Positions 23,340 to 35,189 of a DNA stretch of 64,000 bases are shown in pieces. A program made the position numbers and the translations under genes. Source of the DNA: Macrostomum lignano. Lineage: Eukaryota. The stretch is taken from assembly GCA_002269645.1 (NCBI GenBank), contig NIVC01002923.1:1-64000 (forward strand), read 5' to 3'. The notes below the pieces were generated by a model that saw only the letters and a list, made by a program, of their open reading frames with translations, had not been told where the DNA came from and did no database searches. How positions within the stretch are numbered: the stretch's first letter is position 1; each line of letters begins with the position of its first letter.

Positions 23340-25263
23340 ACAGCAACAGCAACAACAACAACCGCAACAGCAGCAGCATCAACTGCAGCTACACTCGCGT
23401 TCGGCGCGGACTAGATTTGTGAGAGATGAAATGCGCGCACGTAAGTTTATTGTATTACGAGTTTGTTTAGAGGGATAGTTTTGACTAAATCAGTTTTTGT
23501 TTGACCACTCATTTCGTGTGAAATGAATATATGTTACAAAACTATTATGCTTTCTTTTCACAGTTGGACTCTGCCGATTCTGCCTGCGGCGCGGCCACAT
23601 AGCGGCAGACTGCAGAAATCTCTGTTGCCACCACAGCCACAGCCGCAGCCGCAGCTGCAGCACTGTTGTTGACGTTGAAGAATGAAGCATTGAATTAAGA
23701 ATTTTTTAATTTCTGTGCTGCTTAGCTATTTGACTAAGTCTGTTCTCTGTCTGTCATCTATTTAAGATGAAAATTAAAACTATGACTAAAATGCTGAATT
23801 AGAAGCACTAGGCAAATTTAAGTAGCTAATCATTTTTGCTGCAAAGAGGCTCTTTGCCTTATGATAAATCCATTTTAATACGAGTCTTTTTTGCTTTTTT
23901 TGGTTCATCAAACACAAAGGAGCCACAATGTCATACATTAAAGAGGCACCATGTAAAACAAAAGAGCTGCCATGTCAAACACTAGAGGCTCCATGTCAAA
24001 CACTAAAGAGCCACCATGTCAAACACAAAGGAGCCACCATGTTGTACATAAAACAGCCACCATGTCAAACATAAACATGTCAAAACAGATAATTAAATAT
24101 AATAAATCACAAAAATAATTAAATGTATATAAATTGTGCAATGGGCTATATTGTTGGTAAGCCTTCTGCAAGAACACCATACTCGTACAAGGCATATGTG
24201 CAAAGAAATATTGTGCTAAAATATTCAGAGTTGTTTTATTGGTCAATGTACAAAACTAATTTAACAAAATTCACTCTTTATTTCGGCCTTTGTTCACAAG
24301 AATTCTATTTATTTATTGACCAAAAATATACATTTACTATATTATATATAAAAAACTGCTAAAATTTACTTTTTTGTTTCTCATGGATTTTTTGTGTTAA
24401 TAATAAAATATAAAATATAATAAAATACACCAATTAATATTTTTTTGCTGCTACACATTTTTGAAATTATAAAACCAATAAAAGATTACAGTCAACAGTG
24501 GGAAATAATTGAGGCCCTTTTAAGTCCTTTATTGCTGATATCAGATTTTGTATGAGTTGCAGTCACCACTGAATTTAGCTACTAGGTTCATGCATTATTA
24601 ACCTGACATAAAATGGAGATTTGATGTAAGGTGAAAGAAACTTTAAAGAGTTTTATGCATATGCATTAAATCAAGATTCAAGAATCAATATCTATTTGTT
24701 GTCGCCATTGTAATTTTTCATAAAATCTGTTTCAAGGACCACTGGAGTACAAAATATTGTTCATTTTAGTACACATCATGCAGTTTATTCTATATGTATA
24801 GTTATGGTAGGGCATTAATATATTAAACAACAATTTTCAGCGCAAATTAAATTCAATGCAAGTTGTCATTAACCAATGTGTATGTAAAAAAATTGACTAA
24901 TCTCTAGGTTACTATTTAAAAAATGACTTAACTGACCATGTTTTCTCTTTTCATAGATAAACTTTTCTTTCTATGTGGCAAGTCTACTTATCTTTGTTTA
25001 AATACTTAACACTGCATTCGTTTGGATGTTACATTGTGTTGTACAAATGTGCATGAAATGTGTAATTTTTATGCTATATAATTCTAATAAAAAAATCTCA
25101 AAGAGATTATAGCAACCAAATAACCTTTTGTGAGTATAGAAAAGATTTGTATATTACATTTTCCTCAACATATTTAATATGTAACAATAAGAAAACTTAA
25201 TAAAACTGTTTCAATTTGTCTCTTGCTTATTTGGCACCCCAAAGGGTGGGCATAGATTGCTAG

Positions 25264-25833
25264 TCTCTATCTAAATATAAAGTCTCAACTCTGTAACTCA
25301 ATCAGGAATGAAACTGTTAGACAGTTTCTAATCTCTCCTTTCTCTTCTTTCATCTCTACTCTTTTATTTTTTCTTTCTTCTCCCTTCTCTATCTTCTATA
25401 ATTTATTTTACATTCTCTCTCCTTTTCTCTTTTTCTCTTATCTCTCCTCTTTTATCTTTTATCTTATCTCCTTTCAACTCTTATCTAGTTTGTAGCCATG
25501 AGCTGGATTCGTTATCTGGCCCTTGAGATAAAAGTCTGCCAGTGCCAACTGCTGCTTCAAAAGCCAGTTCTGGGACATAGTACTCATGGGCCATTCCAAG
25601 GGCCATTTGCTAACTGCTTTGATCATATAATCTTTCTGGCCAATTTTGAATCCTAAGAAGAATTTGTATATCTAAAGCTCAATTGTAGCCTATTACTCTA
25701 AAAAGCATTTGAATGTCAGATTTGAATGCCAGAAAGATGCAATGTGAGCATTATTCACTTACAATTGATGAGTGGACTGCAATTAACAATAGGCGCTTCA
25801 TGAATATCAATATTCACACAACTGATAAGCAAG
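25264..25833 (+). repeat. 570-bp direct repeat copy B
   Basis: Matches 17334-17904 and continues directly into the hAT transposase remnant. Confidence 0.95.
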
Positions 25834-27445
25834 TTTATCATCTTGTACTAATTTGTATCAAAGGTTTAATGATTGCAGAAATCTGTATGCTACTTGTGCG
25901 AACTCGACTTCAGGAATTTGGAAGTGTATAATATAGAGCACGACATAGTTGTTGCCACAACTGATGGCGCTTCTATAATAGTCAAATTTGCTAAGTTGCT
26001 TAATGTTGAACATCAGATATGCCATGCTAATGGTATACATCTGGCTACCTGCAATATCCTTTATGCAAGAAATGCTGCAGATACTAGCAATGATATTTTT
26101 TCTGCAAATGAGAATGTTGCTGCAGTTGCAGACTTCACCAATGATGATTTTGAGCAAGGTGCTAGTGAAGATGAAGAAACTGACACTGATGAGACTGTCA
26201 ACCAGAATGTACAAGACAATGGTGATGATGTCCAATTAGATTATGCCATTGATCAAGTTTTTCAGCAAATAAGAAAGTGCATTTGCATGTTTTAACAAGC
26301 CCCAGTCCAAAATGACACCTGCAGATGTTTGTCCAGGAGGAACTTGGACGGCCACTATGCCTATTACTCAATGTAAAAACACACTAGAATTTGTTATTAA
26401 TAATAGTTGATTGGTTCGTATTGCTACTAAAGCCTCTTCAGAGCACTATGTTGCACTTTGGCATTAAAGCATGATTCAACTGAAGTGACATTGAATGATT
26501 GAGGCAACTGAGTGCCCACTGAAGCCATTGGAACTTGAAGTTCATCAGGGCACTTTCTCAACGAGACTGCACACTCATTCAGGCAGATGCCTCCATCAAT
26601 TATGCCATCTCAGAGCTATGATAACAGGGAACTAGTCTGTCCATTTGTTTGCTGGAAGCATTGCACAATTGTTTTTACAACATCGAAGTAGCACCATGTT
26701 GGCTGCACAGTTTCCTCATTGAAATGGCAGAGTCAGAAGTGTAGCTAAACTGAATGCAGCAAAGTACACACTTGTTTCAATTGCTGAAAGACTTGGTCTG
26801 CTTCAGGACAATGTTGAAGCACAATAGGTCGAGAACTAACCTGATGTAAAATTATATAAAAATTATATAGTTTGTATATTACTATTTTAGTATACTATTA
26901 TGGACATTTATTCAAGCATACAAACCTTAGAGATTTAGTATATTTAGAAGTATAGCAACAGTATAAAAAGTAGGCATTTCTTTTTAACCTTTTTGCATCT
27001 ACTGACAGAGCCATCTCAATGGAGGAGCAGTTTGAAGTTGCACTTCGAAATTGCGCAGTGAGTTAAAAGCTGACAATTGTCCCAATACTGATGTCAAGCG
27101 CGTGATTGGCTGCAAAATAGATTTTTTGCGTACCACTGGCCAGTGTGGCAGTGCTTGACAGGCTTTATACTGCCTTGCGCTCTATTCTACCTACTAGCCT
27201 TGACGCCAAATGTGCCTTCTCTGCAAGTGGCATGCTACTGACAAAGCTAAGCTCACGCATGGCAGACACAATGCTCTCAAAATTGTGTTTGCTGCAGTTT
27301 TACTTTTAAAATAACTAACTAACTTTTGACACTTTTGACATACTTTTGACATTGACATACTTTTGACATACTTTTGACTTTTGACATTTGACATACTTTT
27401 GACTTTTGACATTTGACATGACAGATACTTTTGACATTATTCAAT
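25690..27445 (+). mobile_element. Decayed hAT DNA transposon (transposase pseudogene plus 3' subterminal repeats)
   Basis: YSLTIDEWTAINNRRFMNINIH (first catalytic D), VATTDGAS (second D), HQICHANGIHLA (CxxH), and dimerisation domain SILPTSLDAKCAFSASGMLLTKLSSRMAD...LCLLQFYF* ending ~27310. It has multiple frameshifts and stops and a probable intron ~26830-27010. tttgacat repeats occur at 27325-27440. Confidence 0.88.
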
Positions 27446-28859
27446 GTTGTTGCTGGTAGTTTGAGCAATTTGCTTCCAAGACTCTTTACTTACCCACCCC
27501 TCTCACAAATGATCCAACTTCTGCACTCTATCTTATGACATTATGCTTCTATGGCAACAAAGCTTTATGCTATCAAGTATTTTTTGGAACATGACATAAA
27601 TTGTAGCTGCAATGTGATAGCCCCTATATTGCATAACAGTTGCACAATCTTCTTAAAATCCCAAAACCCAAAACATCTTCCCTTATGTACAAGGATCTTC
27701 CAATTAGCACTTAGCAAGGCTCCTTTCTACAGTGGTCAAGGGTCAAGGTTGGGTCAAAGGGTTTTGCCATAATCTATCATGCATATGATCTGTGGATTTG
27801 ATACTACTTAAAATCTAGATTTCTGAGCCAAAATTCAACCATTGGCCACCCAGGTTTACTGACTTTGACATCCCAGCTGCTTGCCATTAAGAAGAAACCT
27901 AGGGCAAATCCCTGCCCCTGTCTTTACTCCTATTCATTCCCAAAATCTATCTTAAATCCTAAGAGCAGTCTCTGTTTCCCCCAAAGTTGATTCTCTAATC
28001 CCTTTTAATTAATTCCAATTCACTTCTACATCATCATTAGCATTGTCTTTAAGAAGAATCTAGCTAGAATCTGCTATATGTTAGGCTGCCACTTAACTAC
28101 ATATGAAATTGACAGTTGAAATTCATAACCCAGTTATCCTGCTTTGATTTGGTAATATTTTATGTATATAGGCTAATGAGTAGACAGCTAGGGCTATAGG
28201 GATACAAAATAGAAGCTATTGACAAATCTTAAAGAGATTTAAGGGGCAAAGGTGCTGATTGCTACATGTATATAGTATTTGCAGACCAATGTATTTGTTA
28301 TTAATTATTATTAAAATCACATTATATAACTTCATACCCAAAATTGTACCAACAAAGGAGATTTGAAACTTTTTCAATCCTAGGATCCCGGCCCCAATTT
28401 GTTGGGATCCCAAGATTGGCAAAGTCCAAGATATCCTAATCTTGAGAATCCTGGGATTGGCAAAACTTAGGATTTTGTATGCCTTACTAATCAACAATAA
28501 AAATCATGACACTTTCTAGCACCACGCTCAACTATGCAAAATACTTATTGACCAGGCTAATGTACACTTGTCACTTTAGTAGTACTTTTGATAAAAAATA
28601 AGACTTATTTATCTATACGTTTTCTACTAATATTACCAAGTTCCATTAGATCAATGAGATATTAGACTATTAAGCATATATATCTCTAGTTAAGTTTTGC
28701 CTATTGACAATGGCATATAGTTTTGTTTCTACCTTACCATGAAATATACTCCTAAGATAGATCTAACAACTAGTGAAATATAAGGTGGCTAGCTTTAAAA
28801 ATTAGCTTTTTCTAATTGACATTTGATAGTTAGTGCATGCCTATATAAGCCCATCTAAT

Positions 28860-29282
28860 AATTCTGGGTTTTTTTTGTCCATAACTTGGGTGCAATTTCT
28901 CACCCTGTGCTAGATTTCAGGGTGCAATTTTCAAGACCAGGATGCGCTGCACTGCTGCAGACAAAAACTGGTCTAATACTAATAGTGTTTCTAAGTTTTT
29001 GTCCATCCAAACCATCCAATGATGATCCAAATTCCAAATTCCAAATGCTTAACTTAATTGCTTTACATTAATTTAAGATTCAAAAAATTACTGGCTAATT
29101 CTAAGAATACAAAGTTATGGACTTAAGATGTCCATAACAGTAAAACACTAAATTGTAAAACCCGCATCACATCCTTGCAAAAATTTGGGTGCGCTTTTTG
29201 CACCCTGAGTCAAATTTCAGGGTGCGATTTTTAAGACTAGGATGCTATTCGCACCCATTCGCATAAAAAAACCCAGTAATAA
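28860..29282. mobile_element. Possible MITE
   Basis: Terminal inverted ctgggttttttt/aaaaaaacccag. An internal ~60-bp direct repeat (gggtgc..caccctg..atttcagggtgc..aagac.aggatgc) lies at ~28888 and ~29186. Confidence 0.45.
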
Positions 29283-29534
29283 TTGGTCACCTATTTGCTA
29301 TTAAAGACACATTGATAATACTATATTGTTAGTGCCACCCAATAAAAGGCATGTTTAGCATAACTATGGCATGGCATTGGTTTACAATAGGCCTAAGATA
29401 ATAAGTTGCTAGGGCTTATCCAATTAATTGTCTTAAGATATAGCTATGATGGCATGCTTGGGTTGGCTACAACTTTACTTAAAAATTCACTTGGCTATTT
29501 CTATGGGCTATTAATTATTTGATAGAATAATAGT

Positions 29535-29829
29535 CATACATGCCTAATACCCATCCAACCCATCCAGGATAGGTGAAATGGCTGCTGGCCAAGGTAAGTT
29601 GCAAAATCAAAAACACAAAAAACGAAAAATTGGGGGAAGAAAGAAAGGAAAGGAAGAGAAAAGGAAAATAAAGCAAGGAAAAAGAGAGGGGAAAGAGAAA
29701 AAAAAGAGAAAAAGGCAAGAAAAGTCATATACAAAGTGAAAATTAAGTTGCAATTGGGAGAAACTAAGTTGCAAATCTAGACAAAACAAGTTGCAATGGA
29801 CAGGTAAATTTTGAGGTTGGGCATGTATG
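29535..29829. mobile_element. 295-bp hAT-type MITE, same family as 19264-19549
   Basis: TIRs catacatgcc.../gaggttgggcatgtatg; exact 8-bp TSD ataatagt (29527-34, 29830-37). Internal motifs (ccaagg.aagt.gcaaaa, aaactaagt.gca) are shared with the first MITE. Confidence 0.88.
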
Positions 29830-31171
29830 ATAATAGTCATATGATTGCCAATACTAACTTAGCAGGTCCATTGAGCAATTCGGAAAAGTGGAAAAATTAG
29901 AAAATTGGCAAAAAGGGTAATATGTTTGATTAAGAAAACACAAAAATAGAAGTTTTTATAGAATAAAGATGGAAAGGTTCAAAAGATTATAAAATTTTGC
30001 TTCAAATAAATGTTTTTATAAGAGAATTGGTCAACATTCACAAAAGTTATTTGTTTAAAGTTTTTGGTTTTTTTCTCTAAATTTCACATTTGTGATTTTT
30101 TTGTAAGTGTTTTAAATGTTTCTAAAAAGTGGCAACACATAAAAAAAGAGAAAGGTATAGTAAAACAATGTTGATGATAATAGATAAAAGGCAATTAATT
30201 TTTTATGTATTGTAAAATTTCATTTAAAAACTTTAAACAATTATTTCTATTAATGAATCTAGTGCCCCCAATTGCTGGCACCTGTTTTTTTATATAAATT
30301 TTTTCATAGAATTTAATTGTATTATTTTTTTACTTTTTGGTCCCCACTTTTACCCATATAGTTATCTAAACATGAACCCCCAACAATATGTATGCATAAC
30401 CATTTAGTAGCAAATGGACTTTCCTTTTCTTTTTTCTTCTATTTTATTATCCAAAATGGAATACAAACAAGAAGAAACAATGATCTCATTGCTAGATCTT
30501 ACCACAACTCCAATAATGGTACCAATGGTTTGGGTAAATGGCAGGAGTGAATACTTCATCATCTAATTAGTACTCTTTTGCTAATTTGGAGTACTAATTA
30601 GATGGGCATTTTTGCAACTTAACTTTGCTAGGCCCCTTGCCAGATAGCTAGATTGGCTTAGTATTCCTCCTGATGATCTACAGTATATAAGGATAAAAAT
30701 GGAATAATTATAGTCTAAGGATTAAAATTCCATTTACAGCACCTCATTATTTTGAGAATAGAAAAACTATCAATTGTATTTTGCAAAGCACTAATGCAAA
30801 TTAATCTACAAGAGAAATGCTAAAAAATGACATATTAGGCATAAAAATCCATTGGATAATTCAAAAGTTATATTATTTATAACTTGGAATATCAGATATA
30901 TTGAAGAAAATTGATCACAGTAGGCCCTACCTTATGGGAAAAATGCATTACAGGAAGTGAAAAAATTTGACACTAAAAATGCTATAACTTTTTTAATACT
31001 TGACCAAAATTCAAAAGTAAAGTGTATTTTTACTCATACAAACAAAATCTATCATACTACATAATTAGAAATTTAGAATATTCAAAATCTCACTGGACCC
31101 CCTAACTGAATTATATGTAGGCCCCTATATGTTATAAATAAAATGGCCAGGTGATTTCAAAGATGCAAAGG

Positions 31172-31605
31172 GGCGATCCTACAGTTTTCTGCTTTTAATT
31201 ATTTTTCGAAAAATTACGGCAGGCACAGCAGGAATAAGAAATGACGATAAACTTATATAATAGTTACTCATGATAATCATAACAGTTAACATGGATAATA
31301 ATGGCATATCCAATTTAACATGTTCCCGAATTGGCGCTCTTGAAACAGCCGGCGCCATAAAAACTCTTGGAGATACGTCTCGAACAGGCCATCTGCAATA
31401 CCATGCATCGCCCGATACTTGGCCTTGCAGTTGGCCCATGTACCCTCAATGGTATTTGTATAGATGGTAGGATCATTGGGGTCGACAAACCAGATAGAGT
31501 GATTAATGGTCACATGATTGGCCAGTTGATTATAGGCGGCCCACTGGTCAGTGATCACTCGGAAAAGCCAAAAAATAATTAAAAGCAGAAAACTATAGGA
31601 TCGCC
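31172..31605 (-). mobile_element. Internally deleted Merlin (IS1016/IS1595-like) DNA transposon
   Basis: ~35-bp TIRs ggcgatccta(c/t)agttttctgcttttaattattttt and near-exact 8-bp TSD tgcaaagg/tgtaaagg. The transposase C-terminus reads ITDQWAAYNQL..HVTINHSIWFVDP...TNTIEGTW...YLQEFLWR. Confidence 0.9.
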
Positions 31606-32819
31606 TGTAAAGGTGCTATAGCCTATATATTGGCGCCTGGCAGAAAAATTATTAATTAGGGCCTACCACAATAATTCATAAGGTGGGGAGACAAAGCATC
31701 AATTGGCATTGGCCCTTATAGGCCCCTAGCTTTTACTGAGGGAAACATGTCCCCCCTGTCTGCCCCCCCCCAATGGCAACATGCCTGCCTTTAGGCCTAC
31801 TACTAAGTTTGACTGCACCAAGAACTAGGCCCATAGGCCTAGGCCTATGAAATTTTTGATTTGTGTAAATAAATAATTTTTAATAGGAAACAAGAAAATT
31901 ACCTTGCCCCTAACCTAATGAAGTTTTAGTCTGTTAGCCATCCATCAATTCACTATAACTTCCATTTCCATAGGCCAAGCTATAGCCATAGGTAAATTAA
32001 TTTGTTGGTACTCAATTCACACATGGCCTGGGTATAAATGTATAATAGGCTTAAGTAAAAATCTATAGGCCTACAAGGCAAAATCATAACACAAAATTAA
32101 AATCACAAAAAACATAATATATCATATATGGCAAAATAAGTGGACAATTGTTGGACAAAAATCTAGCTAGCCTTATCTGTATTCATCATTTCTCATCTCG
32201 TCGTCGTCCTTGTTCTTATCTCACTTTCTACTAAAGTTAATAGATACGTTTTCAAGTCTAAATCGAAAAAGTCAAGCAGTCAAAGTAATCTACGTTTTCA
32301 AATGGATGAAACGATTTAATTTAGAGGAAAGGAAGTTTAATTTGATTTTCTAGCTCGTTTAAAGTTCAATTCTTGATTTTCTTAGAAACGAGCTCTTTAA
32401 GTTTGATTTTTTCCAGATTCAGATAACGTTGAACGTTAAAGTGTTCGATTATTTCTAGTCCTTAACTAACAAGTTTCATGAAAATTGGTGGAGCTGTTTC
32501 TGCTAAAATCAATCGCATAGGCCTACCTACTTACGGACAACTCATCTATTGTATATAAGATTAGGCCTAGTTTGTGTTTGTTTAGACTTTAGGCCTAATA
32601 AGTTAGAAAACGTAAAAAAATAACAAGAAAACTTTAACTCTTGATAAGGATAAGCTACAACCGACGGAGCTCACAGCACAGATGCACTAGCCCTAACATT
32701 GAGTTTGACATTTATGCGGCTAATGCGTTAAAACTGAGACTATACTATATTCTATAATTACTAGGGGGGGGGGGGGCCTATACTCTGCAGTGGCAATACA
32801 AACACAGCAGCATCGCCAT

Positions 32820-33590
32820 CTCTGTCTGTATCTATTGGTAACAGTCCACTTCGGTAACAGCCACATTGTTAAGAAAAATGACCACTTTGGTAACAGTTGG
32901 GCCTAACAGCCATTTCGGTAACAACAGTCACTTTGGTAACAAGTGAGAATAATATAATATTTATTAATTGATATGCTCCAAAAAGTATGTGCAAACAAAC
33001 TTTGAAGAAAGAATGACAAAACACATGCATATCTGCATGTGCTTAACTTGTTTGAATGTTTTTTAACCAATCTATTTTTATTTCCAGATAAGTCAGATAC
33101 ATGCACCCAAGGTATCCTCTAATTGACCAAATATTGTATACCATATACATTAGAATCTCTAATCTAGTTAGCAAATAGTGACTTAGAATTATAAAATCTC
33201 CTTATTTCTTTATTCATTATTTAATTTTTTTCAATTTCAAATGTGTACAAGCTTAAGCTTTGCTTAATTTTCTTTGCCTTCAAATTTTTTCACAAAGTAA
33301 TATGCAAGTTTAAACAAATTATAATATAGTTCAACTAGAAAGTTTAACCATAGGCCTATGTGGCAATAAGATATTTGAGATGTTAGGCCTAATTATTAAA
33401 CTAATTATTCCTAATGCTAATTATCATAAAAACAAAGTATTGACAATTGTAGGCCTAAATCTGTTTTATTACCAAAGACAAAGTGGCTGTTACTAAATCT
33501 AAAATGGCCATTACCAAAGTGGTCATTTTTGTTACTAAAGTGGCTGTTACCAAAATGGCTGTTATTGAAGTGGATTGTATTCGTCTCTAT
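32820..33590. mobile_element. Foldback/MITE-like element with inverted subterminal repeat arrays
   Basis: cactt(t/c)ggtaacag repeats at 32838-32940 mirror gttaccaaa(g/a)tgg repeats at 33470-33575. No clear TSD. Confidence 0.5.
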
Positions 33591-35189
33591 CTAGGGTTAG
33601 GCCCCTGCCCTATAGGCCTATCATATGGTTATACTATATATAGCTTATATAAATTAGGTTTGTTTTCCAGTCCAGGATTTTTAGTATGAATTTTTGTAAT
33701 GCCTAATACAAGGCCTAGTAAATTTCTTGATTTTTTCTTTGATAGACTAGGCCTAACCTATTTTGCTTTATAATATTTATATCATATATCCTGAAGGTTA
33801 AAATAGTTTTATGGTAGAATTCCAGCTGTTTTGGCCTAAACCATTTTGGCCATGGACTTTTGGCCCCAAACCATTTTGCCCATAGACCATTGTGCCCACA
33901 ACCTAGTTCAACTATAAGCATTTCAGCCACAATTAGGCCTAATGATTATAAATATATATTGCTAAGCTAAGAATACTTTTTATACACTTTATTTTTACCT
34001 TCTTAGAAAAACACTACATTAAATAATTTGCAAACAATATAGCTCTAATATTAAATAATTTGCAAACAATATAGGCCTAGAGGCCAAACATTGATGCAAA
34101 GTTATCTCAAAATATAAAGAAGTGAAATACTCAGGATATACTTACAAATTTTAAACTATTGTATAATTTTTATAAAAATTCAACATTTTCTAAAAGCAAT
34201 AATGAGAATTTTTTAATATTGACTTTTTAGAAATTATAATTATAAACTATATGTTAATTGGCTTAGCCTTAGCTTTGGCATATTGCTTCAATAATTTTAG
34301 CTAAGCATTTTTAATTATACTTGTATATACTATATAATAATCATTGTTGCAAACAGAAGTAAGCAATAGTTTAGGCCCTTATATTTGCTATAAATATAAC
34401 TTATGTGTACGATATATACAATAGAAATTTCCATTATGTATACTTCTTTGGGGTGATAATTATGTTTTATAACATGTTAAAGATTAAAATTAGGCCTAGC
34501 ATTGAAAAGCTATAATCATAGTCATTTTAATCAATAAAGGCTTAGAGAGAAACCTTTTTTTGTAAATTGAAATATTATAATGGGGGTCATTTTTTGTATA
34601 CCTCTAATAGATTAAGTACATAATTCTATAGCATTAGCCTAGTCTAGGTATATTTAAACTTATTTAAATAGTCTACTTTCATTGTTTTGGATTAATAGCA
34701 TAATCATTCTTTGTTTTTATTAACTTATAGTTATTTTACTCACTGTTTTGTACTGATGCCTATGATATTAATTTTGTTTTTGATTTGCCTACTTTGTATG
34801 ATTTAAATAATTTTGTCATAATCATATATTTCCTTTGTTATTGCAGCTCTAGATGTATTATACATGCCAATCTAACCTAATGCCAAGCAACCCCTTCTTA
34901 AGGTGCATCAGTCTTCTTTTCTCTTGTACATTAAAAAAATAAAAACACAGTATTAAAATTCTAGTAGACTTAATGCATCGTCTTTCTGTCCTCCCACAAA
35001 AGTGCTATGTATACTCATACTAGTTGATATTATTATAGCCTAGTTCTTTTTTGCACTCCATTAATAATGCTATATGATATGATAACATCTAATAAGCAAA
35101 TGGAGAATTAGATTTTGTAGCAAAAACCATTGTCTCTCCCACTGCCCTGAGCAGCTTAATCAATTTGAGTTCTCCACTTTCACAGCCAG

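Larger units (their letters stand above)
17951..23685 (+). pseudogene. Retrotransposon-disrupted spliced gene: Tyr/Pro-rich + polyQ + CCHC zinc knuckle
   Basis: Removing both LINEs and one copy of each TSD restores an in-frame ...WPMQ7EEQ9PQ4HQLQLHSRSARTRFVRDEMRA. Intron 23441-23563 (gtaagt...ttttcacag, phase 1) joins this to LGLCRFCLRRGHIAADCRN...VDVEE* (TGA 23683-23685). The YP-rich N-terminus from ATG 17951 is in a different frame and needs one frameshift; otherwise the start is ATG ~18101. Confidence 0.75.

Noticed and set aside
17334-25833. Direct repeats as LTRs of a retroelement
   Set aside because: There are no TG...CA ends, PBS, PPT or integrase. The repeat includes hAT transposase codons, and the LINEs have their own TSDs.
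28370-28500. gggatcc/gggatt repeats resembling another hAT subterminal region
   Set aside because: No matching opposite end, TIR or TSD could be found.
31800-34500. Frequent taggccta palindromes
   Set aside because: They are scattered in decayed AT-rich repeats with no regular spacing, and cannot be tested without genome-wide counts.
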